From: Edaphobacter aggregans
GTDB taxonomy: Bacteria; Acidobacteriota; Terriglobia; Terriglobales; Acidobacteriaceae
Direction of reading: 5' to 3'
NCBI RefSeq assembly: GCF_003945235.1
Contig: NZ_RSDW01000001.1
Location: 930,001 to 962,000 of the forward strand
Length of the DNA: 32,000 nucleotides
Each line of letters begins with the position of its first letter. The first letter of the stretch is position 1. Both the position numbers and the translations under genes were made by a program. A model generated the notes under the pieces. That model was not told where the DNA came from, searched no databases, and saw only the letters and a list, made by a program, of their open reading frames with translations. Positions 24,880-32,000 of the stretch are shown piece after piece.

Positions 24880-26121
24880 CTAGTAAGCAAACAGTGAAAG
24901 AGGAATAGCCTCTCCCATCACCCGATACCCCGCGGCTGAGGGATGAAGGTGATCGCCCGAGTCATACGCAGACAGCATCTGCTCAGGATGAGCCGGATCG
25001 CGCACCACCTTGTCGAAATCCACCACCGCATCAAAGTTCTTCGTCGTCCGAATCCACTGATTGATCGCCTGTCGGTCAGCATCACTCGCCGGACTTGCGC
25101 GATAGTACCCCGACCCGCCAAACGGCAGAATCGTCGCCCCAATCACCTTGATCCCATGCGCATGAGCCCGCAGCGCCATCTGCTCATACGCCGAAAGGAT
25201 CCGATGCACCAGAGCATCATGCTCCGCCTGCCCCACATTCCCCTCGCGCGTAAACGTCCCCAGATCGTTGATGCCCTCCAGCACAATCACATACCGCACT
25301 CCCGCCGGAGCCATCACATCGCGATCGAACCGTGCCAGCGCATTCGGCCCCAGCCCATCCAGCAGCACGCGATTCCCGCCTGTACCCGCATTCAAAACCC
25401 CAACCGTGTGCGTCTTCTTGTCCGCCTGCAGCCGCCGCGCCAGCACATCCGGCCATCGATCATTCCCATTCGTCGTCGAGCCACGACCATCCGTAATCGA
25501 ATCCCCCAGCGTCACAACAGCAGTACCCGGCACTGCCACATCCACACCCGAAACCTGATACCAGTGCTCCACCTTCTTAGCGTCAGGCAAGCTTACCGCC
25601 GAAACCAGGTCCCCATGCGCCACATACGAAGTCGCCCGCGACCCCGGATGCCCCGTCTGCGAAGCAGGAGCCGCATCCATATGCAGCGTAATCACAAGGT
25701 CCGACAACGGCCCTACCGGAAACGCAACCGGATCAGAGATAAACTCCGCGCCCGCAGGCACCGTAACATCCTGAGCCCCGCCAAAAGTCAGAGCCTTATC
25801 CGTAGCCGGATCGATCGCACCACCACCCGCAGCCGCAGGCCGAGCCACATGTACCGCAGTCAAATGCAACGGAGCCGTCCCAAACGCATTCGACACATGC
25901 ACCCGCAACTCAGGCCCACCCACCGATAGATGAACAATCTGCCGCAGCGTAGCATCCCGGAGGTCCTCCGCCGAAAGCGAGTTCTGCGGCTCAGGCAACT
26001 GCTGCGAAGCAGCCCACGAGCCAACCCAGTTCGCAGGCGTGGTCCCCTGCCCCACCGCGGCCACGGGAGCCAAAACGAAGGCCAAACCTAAAATGGAAAG
26101 CGACCCAGTTCTCTTCATCAT
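24880..26121 (-). CDS. Secreted SGNH/GDSL hydrolase (candidate carbohydrate esterase) with N-terminal beta-rich domain
   Basis: Start placed at ATGATG 26121/26118, 7 nt after the LarA-like stop. Signal MMKRTGSLSILGLAFVLAPVAAVGQG. SGNH blocks LGDSITDG, AGTGGN, EGINDL, DHLHP. Confidence 0.8.
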   Translation of the reverse strand: MMKRTGSLSILGLAFVLAPVAAVGQGTTPANWVGSWAASQQLPEPQNSLSAEDLRDATLRQIVHLSVGGPELRVHVSNAFGTAPLHLTAVHVARPAAAGGGAIDPATDKALTFGGAQDVTVPAGAEFISDPVAFPVGPLSDLVITLHMDAAPASQTGHPGSRATSYVAHGDLVSAVSLPDAKKVEHWYQVSGVDVAVPGTAVVTLGDSITDGRGSTTNGNDRWPDVLARRLQADKKTHTVGVLNAGTGGNRVLLDGLGPNALARFDRDVMAPAGVRYVIVLEGINDLGTFTREGNVGQAEHDALVHRILSAYEQMALRAHAHGIKVIGATILPFGGSGYYRASPASDADRQAINQWIRTTKNFDAVVDFDKVVRDPAHPEQMLSAYDSGDHLHPSAAGYRVMGEAIPLSLFAY

Positions 26122-26128
26122 TCGGTAG

Positions 26129-27403
26129 CTAGTCCTTAAACCTTCCCTCATAAGCCCAAAGCCCAAGCCCCGGATTCGAGATATAGAAAATCTCCTCCCC
26201 ATCCACAACATTCCACCCATCCTTCAATTTCTCCGGATCATACTTGGCCGAGTACTCCGCCAGATCCCCATACTCAAAGTGGACGCTCTCGATCTCCTCG
26301 TGCGTCAGGTGTCCCGGACAATACCGAATCGTGAACCGCCCCTCGCTCGACCCGTGAATCAAATGAGCCGCCGCGCTCAAATTCCCCGCCAGCGCCGCAT
26401 CCTCCTTCACCAGCTCTAGCGTCTTCGGAGTCCCGCAATACCCATACTTCCGAATCAGTACATCGATCGCCGCATCCTCGCCAAACTCATGCACCCCCGG
26501 AGCCAGCACAATCAACTCCGCATCGTCAGCCAGAGCCATCCTCGTCCGGTACACGCTCTTATTCCCCAGCCACGTACTCCGAAACTCATGCGGATCAAGA
26601 AACACCACAGCTTTCTTGATCTCCCGATCCATCATCTTAAAGTTAACCTTCAAACTCAGTGCTGCAGCTAACTCAAAACACTCGACATCATCGCCAATAT
26701 AAAGCCCGCGTATCACCAGCTTGCCAGCGTCATTCTTTCCCACCACCGACTGCACATACACAATCGGCAGATTCGTCGCAAAGTGATCGCTCGCATAATT
26801 CAGCACCCGCCGCACCGGAGTATCGGCCCGCCCCATCATCCGTTCCATCCCATACACCGCCCCCAGAAAGTGGCTGCGATGAATCCCAATCGACCCACCC
26901 GTCCCCACAAAGATGTTCTTGTTGTAGTTCGCCATCCCCACCACTTCATGCGGAACCACCTGTCCGATCGACAGAATCAAATCGTGCCCACCATCGCGCA
27001 ACAGCTTGTTCACCTGCGCCGGCCAGCAGTAGTCCACCTTGCCCTCGCTCACCTCATACAGAAACTCTCCCGGCACATCCCCCAGCGTCACGACATCATG
27101 CCGCCAGTCATGCACTCTGAAAAGCTCCCGCGGAGTAGCCCCATACATCGTCGCAATCTCGCTATCGGTCATCGCCTTATGCGTTCCCAGCGCCGGAAGC
27201 ACATCCGTCAGACGATCCCCGTAGTACTGCCACGCCAGCTCCGTCAGCACGCCGCTCTGCGAATGAAACCGCGTAAAGTCCGGCGGTACCGCCAGCACCT
27301 TCTTCCGCTCACCCAGCTTCTCCAGCGCAGAAAACAAACCAGCCTTCACATCGGCGGCAGACATCTCAGTTATCGGACTTCCAGCAGCAAAAAATACACT
27401 CAT
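26129..27403 (-). CDS. LarA-superfamily (DUF2088 / lactate-racemase-like) nickel-pincer-dependent isomerase homologue
   Basis: Start placed at ATG 27403 (MSVFFAAG...). ALGTHKAMTDSEI aligns with LarA ATGFHRPSTHEEL (His108). VVPHEVVGMANYNK aligns with ESHFFAGFSGGRK (His174, Lys184). GIHRSH aligns with MANHS (His200). All compared with the L. plantarum LarA sequence as I recall it. Confidence 0.85.
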   Translation of the reverse strand: MSVFFAAGSPITEMSAADVKAGLFSALEKLGERKKVLAVPPDFTRFHSQSGVLTELAWQYYGDRLTDVLPALGTHKAMTDSEIATMYGATPRELFRVHDWRHDVVTLGDVPGEFLYEVSEGKVDYCWPAQVNKLLRDGGHDLILSIGQVVPHEVVGMANYNKNIFVGTGGSIGIHRSHFLGAVYGMERMMGRADTPVRRVLNYASDHFATNLPIVYVQSVVGKNDAGKLVIRGLYIGDDVECFELAAALSLKVNFKMMDREIKKAVVFLDPHEFRSTWLGNKSVYRTRMALADDAELIVLAPGVHEFGEDAAIDVLIRKYGYCGTPKTLELVKEDAALAGNLSAAAHLIHGSSEGRFTIRYCPGHLTHEEIESVHFEYGDLAEYSAKYDPEKLKDGWNVVDGEEIFYISNPGLGLWAYEGRFKD

Positions 27404-27572
27404 GGCAACCAATCTTACTTGCACCGGACCATGATCCACCAGCCAGCCTTCACCCACGAATCACCACCAGGTGATACCCTTCTCAGCCAAAGAGGTCCAA
27501 AGAGCCAGAGACGCAGCCAGAGACCCCACCCGGGCCCAGTAAGAAAGTTTTCGACGGAGACCGTAGCCACCC

Positions 27573-29030
27573 ATGAAGCGACCATCCATCCTCAGGCCAC
27601 TCCAAAGATGGATCACAGCATCCATCCTTCTCGGGTTCCTCGTCGCCCTCACCGCAGCCATCACTCTGCCCACACACGCCCAAACCACCGACACCCTGCA
27701 TCAAGTCAAAAAGATCTACGTCGACCCCATCACCGGAAAATCCGACTCGACCGCCGCACGCAAGCTAATCATCGATAACCTGCAAAAAGACCACACCGTC
27801 CAAATCGTCGACGATCCCACCCAGGCCGACGCAATCCTGCAAGTCAGGATGGAGACTTGGGTCCGAGGCTATGTCTCCGTCAACCCGCGGTCCACCAGCG
27901 GCTACCCCGCCTATGGCGGCTTCCTCTCCGCACAACTCCTCGGCAAAGGCGGCGATCTTCTCTGGTCCAATATCGTCACTCCCAGCCGATATGCCTCCTC
28001 CGGCATCCGTCACGACCTCGCCGACCAGATCGCCCACAAACTCCTCGTCGCCCTCACCAGCTCGCCCTCCAAAGGCCCTGTCCGCATCCTCAAGGCCGCC
28101 GGCGCCACCTTTCCCGCGCCTCTCTACCTGGCCTGGATAGAGTCCTTCCGCCAGCACCGCCCCGACATTCAGATCACCTACAACAGCATCGGCTCCGAAG
28201 CCGGCCTCGAGCAGCTCCACGACAGCAAAGTCACCTTCGCCGCCTCCGATGTCGCCCTCTCCGACGCCTACATGCGCCAGATGCCCGTAAAGCTCCTCCA
28301 GTTCGCCACCGTCCTCGGCGCCATCGTGCCCGTCTATAACCTGCCCCAGATCGGCAACAACCTCCGCTTCACGCCCGAGATCCTCGCCAACATCTACCTG
28401 GGAAATATCCGCTCCTGGGATGACCCCGCCATCCGTGCCGTCAACCACGGCGTCCCCCTGCCCAGCGCTCCCATCGTCATCATCCACCGCAACGACGGCA
28501 GCGGTACCACCTTCGCCTTCACCGACTTCCTCAGCAAAACCAACCCCGACTGGAAAGCCACCGTCGGCAGCGGCACCACCGTCAAATGGCCCGTCGGCAA
28601 AGGCGTCCAGGGTAACGACGGCGTCGCCGCCAGCGTCGCTGAAACACCCAACTCCATCGGCTACACCGAGCTCACCTACGCCATCCAGCGCCAACTCAGC
28701 TACGGAATCGTCCGCAACGCCGCCGGCAACTTCATGCAGGCCAACCTGGCCACCCTCGCCGCTGCCGCTATCGCCCCTCACGGGACCTCTGCCATCGCCT
28801 CCTCGCTCACCAACGCCCCCGGCAAATACGCCTACCCCATCACCAGCTTCACGTGGCTCCTCGTCCCCGAATCAATCCCCGATCCTGTCACCAAATCCGC
28901 CGTCGCCGACTTCCTCGAATGGATCCTCACCGCCGGCCAGAAGGAAGTCTCAGCCCTCGCATACCACCCCTTACCCAAAGAAACCGTCACCCGCGAACTA
29001 CAAATGCTAGCCGCCTTCAAAGCAAAGTAG
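27573..29030 (+). CDS. PstS-family phosphate-binding protein fused to a ~170-aa N-terminal membrane-anchored domain
   Basis: The C-terminal ~310 aa are PstS-like (GATFPAPLY..W, SIGSEAG, FAASD, RNDGSGTT, IGYTELTYA, YPITSFTWLL). The N-terminus has one TM/signal segment plus an unassigned domain. Confidence 0.8.
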   Translation: MKRPSILRPLQRWITASILLGFLVALTAAITLPTHAQTTDTLHQVKKIYVDPITGKSDSTAARKLIIDNLQKDHTVQIVDDPTQADAILQVRMETWVRGYVSVNPRSTSGYPAYGGFLSAQLLGKGGDLLWSNIVTPSRYASSGIRHDLADQIAHKLLVALTSSPSKGPVRILKAAGATFPAPLYLAWIESFRQHRPDIQITYNSIGSEAGLEQLHDSKVTFAASDVALSDAYMRQMPVKLLQFATVLGAIVPVYNLPQIGNNLRFTPEILANIYLGNIRSWDDPAIRAVNHGVPLPSAPIVIIHRNDGSGTTFAFTDFLSKTNPDWKATVGSGTTVKWPVGKGVQGNDGVAASVAETPNSIGYTELTYAIQRQLSYGIVRNAAGNFMQANLATLAAAAIAPHGTSAIASSLTNAPGKYAYPITSFTWLLVPESIPDPVTKSAVADFLEWILTAGQKEVSALAYHPLPKETVTRELQMLAAFKAK

Positions 29031-29086
29031 GTCTTTGGTCGGAGCGCAGGTCTTTAGCCCTGCGAAATATCACCCCCGATGAACGA

Positions 29087-29100
29087 GGGGCTTCAGCCCC
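29087..29100. repeat. Hairpin ggggc-ttca-gcccc (same family as 8857/8910)
   Basis: Perfect 5-bp stem with tetraloop. A second hairpin cgcagg-N8-cctgcg is at 29045-29064. Confidence 0.45.
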
Positions 29101-29164
29101 GGCCCCTCCCCCGCGCCACAGCAACCAAACGAGACTGTCACAAAACTCTGCGCGGCCCCATTCC

Positions 29165-29179
29165 CATCGCCGGTGTAAC
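29165..29179. repeat. Left arm of a perfect 15-bp inverted repeat (catcgccggtgtaac)
   Basis: Its reverse complement gttacaccggcgatg occurs at 30441-30455. The two arms bracket the only segment of the window with reversed strand composition. Confidence 0.8.
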
Positions 29180-29208
29180 CTCCGAGTTGCCCCACAATAC
29201 GGCAACAA

Positions 29209-30252
29209 CTATTTTTTCGGGGCGTAGGGGCCAGCGGTGGGTTTGCCTTGCGTGTCTTTGAGGGGTCCGAGTTCATCGCCAACTCCGCGGCCGATCGCGA
29301 CGATCTCACTGGCGCTCTGGAAGCAAGTGAAATCGGGCCGATCGCGCCATGCAAATGGGCCACAGAGCCGTTTGCCTGCGCCGAGCGCGGCGTCGTGCAC
29401 GATGTTGATCAGTCGTTCGTAGTCGGGTGAACCCATCTTGTAGCCGGAGAAGTTTGCCAGGTCTCCGCTTGCGGCGAAGATGGCGGTGACGCCTGGAATC
29501 GCGGCGATTGCGCGCGCGTCCTTGACGCCTTCGAGGGTCTCGATCATTTCGACGAGGACGACGTTCTTGTTGATGGTGTTGCGATAGCCGCCAGGGACGT
29601 TGCCCCAGACCAAGGGATCGAAGGCCTGGCCGCCGCCCAGGCTGCGCTTGCCAAGCGGCGGGTACATTGTCCAGTCGCGCGCGGCGGTGCCTTCTTCGAC
29701 GGAGCGGACGGTTGGAATCACGATGACGAGCGCCCCCAGATCCATGGCGTGCTGAATTTCGCGCTCGTCGGTATAGGCGACACGAACGCCGGGTACCGCT
29801 TTGGCGTGGGGACAGGCCTTCCACATGCGGCCGACGGCATCCCAGTCGCGGGCGTTGTGCTGCATCTCGGTCCAGATGAAGTCGTAGCCGGCGTTGGCCA
29901 TGGCACAATAGGTCTCCGGAGTATCAGTGCTGAAGACTGTGCCACCGGTGATCTTATCGCCCTTTATCATCTTGATCATCACTGGATTCCATATGGGTGT
30001 ATCGGGCGAGATATCGTATGCCGGGCCGTACTTCCATTTCGCCGGATCGAATGGGCCCTGGTTGATGGCGGCTGGGGGGGCTGTGGTGATGGCGCCGGAG
30101 TCCTTACCGGCGAGTGCGGCGAGGGGGAATTGTGTTTTGCCCGCGTCGGCGTTATTCGAATAGGGATCGGCACTGGCGGTGGTTTGCGCGTAGGCCTGTA
30201 AGGTGATGCACGTGAGTACCACTGTGAGTGCCGCAGCTGAAAATCGACTCAT
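29209..30252 (-). CDS. HpcH/HpaI-family class II (metal-dependent) 2-keto-3-deoxy-acid aldolase homologue with signal peptide
   Basis: Start placed at ATG 30252 (AAGGGAG SD, 6-nt spacing). Signal MSRFSAAALTVVLTCITLQAYAQ. Family pattern GYDFIWTEMQH, VRV, MIETLEG (metal Glu), AASGDLA (metal Asp). Confidence 0.8.
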   Translation of the reverse strand: MSRFSAAALTVVLTCITLQAYAQTTASADPYSNNADAGKTQFPLAALAGKDSGAITTAPPAAINQGPFDPAKWKYGPAYDISPDTPIWNPVMIKMIKGDKITGGTVFSTDTPETYCAMANAGYDFIWTEMQHNARDWDAVGRMWKACPHAKAVPGVRVAYTDEREIQHAMDLGALVIVIPTVRSVEEGTAARDWTMYPPLGKRSLGGGQAFDPLVWGNVPGGYRNTINKNVVLVEMIETLEGVKDARAIAAIPGVTAIFAASGDLANFSGYKMGSPDYERLINIVHDAALGAGKRLCGPFAWRDRPDFTCFQSASEIVAIGRGVGDELGPLKDTQGKPTAGPYAPKK

Positions 30253-30440
30253 TGCAAACTCCCTTTCTTTGCGAGATGACGATACACGAGGAGGTTGCAG
30301 GCAGAATAGACGGGAGACCCAGGGTATCAATCGAGGGTGAGTCGGTAGAACTATTGCAGAACGTTGTTCCGCGCGTCGTTGCCTTGGCGCAATTATTCCG
30401 TTGTCCCTTGCGATTGTCGATTGTGGACGAATTACCGGCA

Positions 30441-30455
30441 GTTACACCGGCGATG
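30441..30455. repeat. Right arm of the 15-bp inverted repeat (gttacaccggcgatg)
   Basis: Perfect reverse complement of 29165-29179. Preceded by a degenerate direct copy (ttaccggca). Confidence 0.8.
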
Positions 30456-30494
30456 AACTGGATTCCCGGATTGAGTTTCGTAACAATCTCAAAC

Positions 30495-30989
30495 TCACAC
30501 ACGCATCCCCACCACCACCTTCGCCGTAGTCACCAGCTGCCCAACATGCCGCTGCGTATGATCCGCGCAATGAACCAGCAACCCACCCACACTCGTAGGC
30601 AAATTCTTCCTCCCCACCCCACGCCTATCACCAAAACTCTCAGGCGAGATCGCAATCACCCGCTTCACCGCCACCTCCACCCCTTCAGCAAACTCCATCA
30701 ACGAAGCCTCTCTCCCAGCTGACTCCATCTCCGTCTTCAGAGCCTCCATCTGCCGCTCACTCAACTGCTGCCCCTCCGCATACGTCAGCAGCCGATCCAG
30801 CGACCGAGCCATATGCCGCAAATGGAACCCCACCGAAGGCAGCCCCAGCGGCCTCGCCTCTAGCTCCTCATCACTCAACCCCTCACACCACTTCGCAACA
30901 TCCTCCGACGCCAGTTCCAGCGCATGGATCACCCCACGCCGAACCGCATCCACCTCCAACCGAGTCCCTCGCAACCAAGGCTCAACCAT
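30495..30989 (-). CDS. DinB-family protein
   Basis: Start placed at ATG 30989 (GGAGGGAGGTG upstream); the ORF-track start 31007 is TTG. His triad context (GFHLRHMARS, LLVHCADHTQRHVGQ). Confidence 0.75.
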   Translation of the reverse strand: MVEPWLRGTRLEVDAVRRGVIHALELASEDVAKWCEGLSDEELEARPLGLPSVGFHLRHMARSLDRLLTYAEGQQLSERQMEALKTEMESAGREASLMEFAEGVEVAVKRVIAISPESFGDRRGVGRKNLPTSVGGLLVHCADHTQRHVGQLVTTAKVVVGMRV

Positions 30990-31016
30990 CAACACACCTC
31001 CCTCCAATCAACTCTT

Positions 31017-31072
31017 ATTAGCCTTTATCTTTCTTATCACCGTTACGCCGTTAATCCGCGCAAATCCGCCGT
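31017..31072 (-). repeat. Phased CGG-repeat element (fourth copy) between the binding-protein stop and the DinB gene
   Basis: Minus-strand reading: GACGGCGGATTTG CGCGGATTAA CGGCGTAA CGGTGATAAG AAAGATAAAGGCTAAT. The gene-proximal end CGGTGATAAG resembles CGGTGTTAAG of the larE copy. Confidence 0.6.
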
Positions 31073-31076
31073 CACT

Positions 31077-32000
31077 TCAAAGCCCCTTCCCTTTCCGAAA
31101 TTCCCGCACCACATCCCCCACATCCCGATGCTGCCCATCCACCGCATCATTCATTCCCTGCACCTCCTCAGCGCTGACCCTGCCCGCCAACCGATCCATA
31201 GCCACCTGAATCCCCGGATGCCGCTGCAACGAATCCGCCCTCACCAACGGCACCGCCTCATACGGAGGAAAGTAGTGCTTATCATCCTCCAGCGCCACAA
31301 ACCCCAGCGCCCGAATCGGCCCATCGGTCGAGTTCCCCGCCACCATATCCACCTGTTCGTTCTGCAGCGCCCGATAAAGCAGCCCCAGATCCATCGTCCG
31401 AGGAGCATCCTTGAACCGCAGCCCATACGTCGCCTCCAGCCCCCGCAACCCATCCGGCCGCTGCTCAAACTCATACCCCACCCCCAGCCGCCAATCCGGA
31501 GCATGCGCCACAGCATCCGATATCGTCCTCACCCCCAGCCGCCGAGCATCGTCCCCCCGAATCACCATCGCAAACGTATCCTCAAATCCAAGCCCCCGCC
31601 CCACCTTCACCCCATACCGCTGCCAGTACAGCCGTCGCACCGTCTGGAAGACCTGCGCCTCATCCCGCTGCCCCACCGGAGGCAACGGCTGCTTCAAAAT
31701 CGCCGTCAGCGCCGTCCCCGAATACTCCACATACCCATCAATCCGCCCACTCACCAGAGCCTGCTGACAGATGTAGCTCCCCGCCAGATAGAACCGCCGC
31801 TCCACCCTCTGCCCCGTCACCGCTTCAATCTCTTGAGCCAGCAACTCCCCCAGCACCACCTGCTCCGTAAAGTTCTTCGCCCCAATCGTCACCCGGCTCG
31901 ACCTCGGCGGAGCACACCCCAAAAAACAACCACCAAAAACCATCCCGCAAACCACACTTGCCAGACAAAAAACCGCTAAGTAACCACCGTTTTTCCCAGA
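31077..32000 (-). CDS. ABC-transporter substrate-binding protein, glycine betaine/choline (OpuAC/OpuBC) family; 5' end may lie beyond the window
   Basis: Family pattern VTIGAKNFTEQVVLGEL, DGYVEYSGTAL, GFEDTFAMV, DMVAGNSTDG, LEDDKHYFPPYEAVP. Lipobox-like FLGC. The frame stays open from GTG 31955 / ATG 31943 up to position 32000. Confidence 0.75.
   Translation of the reverse strand, partial: SGKNGGYLAVFCLASVVCGMVFGGCFLGCAPPRSSRVTIGAKNFTEQVVLGELLAQEIEAVTGQRVERRFYLAGSYICQQALVSGRIDGYVEYSGTALTAILKQPLPPVGQRDEAQVFQTVRRLYWQRYGVKVGRGLGFEDTFAMVIRGDDARRLGVRTISDAVAHAPDWRLGVGYEFEQRPDGLRGLEATYGLRFKDAPRTMDLGLLYRALQNEQVDMVAGNSTDGPIRALGFVALEDDKHYFPPYEAVPLVRADSLQRHPGIQVAMDRLAGRVSAEEVQGMNDAVDGQHRDVGDVVREFRKGKGL

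Noticed and set aside
27765-28781. Long minus-strand ORFs antisense to plus-strand genes. Examples: 3963-4748, 5675-6472, 9255-9809, 14481-14957, 17180-17908, 27765-28781 (338 aa).
   Set aside because: They are G/V/E/D/A-rich shadow translations opposite clear homologues (esterase, KduD, SDR, LarC, CocE/NonD, PstS). They have no start-site signals or domain motifs.
29186-29218. Hairpin gttgcc-N9-ggcaac followed by tattttttc, a possible plus-strand terminator overlapping the aldolase stop codon.
   Set aside because: The stem is short (6 bp), and the T-run is simply the Lys-Lys-stop codons of the minus-strand gene. It may terminate the pstS-like transcript, but support is weak.
30152-30502. 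116-aa minus-strand ORF covering the 242-nt leader upstream of the HpcH aldolase gene.
   Set aside because: It overlaps the aldolase 5' end out of frame and has no SD or recognisable motifs. The region is better treated as an untranslated leader or promoter. I looked for riboswitch-like conserved structure but could not identify any by eye.
1-32000. Search for CRISPR arrays, tRNA/rRNA genes, IS elements, integrases, toxin-antitoxin or known defence-system genes.
   Set aside because: I found no regularly spaced direct repeats with spacers, no cloverleaf-like or rRNA-like sequence, and no ORF with transposase, recombinase, nuclease-helicase or defence-type motifs. The window reads as metabolic chromosome, not a mobile or defence island.

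Overview
High-GC bacterial chromosomal segment, possibly from an Acidobacteriota-like soil organism (weak inference from gene content and intergenic repeat style). I call about 31 protein genes. I saw no rRNA, tRNA, CRISPR array, transposase, integrase or phage gene. The theme is uronate and sugar-acid catabolism. Left end: exported alginate-lyase-family enzyme, eda, kdgK, kduI, an esterase, kduD. Middle: a Gfo/Idh/MocA oxidoreductase and an SDR + YiaK/DlgD-like dehydrogenase pair. Right half, minus strand: LarA-like protein, SGNH hydrolase, uxaE, gntK, SDR. The most interesting feature is a nickel-pincer (NPN) cofactor system spread through this locus. larE-larC-larB (13.3-16.6 kb) and a NicO-type nickel permease with a His5 loop (8.1-8.8 kb) have no canonical lactate racemase nearby. 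The only LarA-superfamily client heads the uxaE-gntK-SDR operon, which suggests a Ni-dependent aldonate (gluconate/mannonate) 2-epimerase step. Other non-obvious signals: (1) Strong strand asymmetry. The given strand is C/A-rich regardless of gene orientation, so codon choice depends on gene orientation. (2) One ~1.3 kb segment (29.2-30.5 kb) with reversed skew carries an exported HpcH/HpaI aldolase and is bracketed by a perfect 15-bp inverted repeat. (3) A family of ~10-bp-phased CGG repeat arrays lies upstream of four genes, including larE and larC. (4) Tandem GGGARTA heptamers occupy two intercistronic spacers of sugar-acid operons. Many long ORFs in the six-frame track are compositional shadows and were rejected. 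All calls come from reading the sequence and remembered family motifs. No searches were run.
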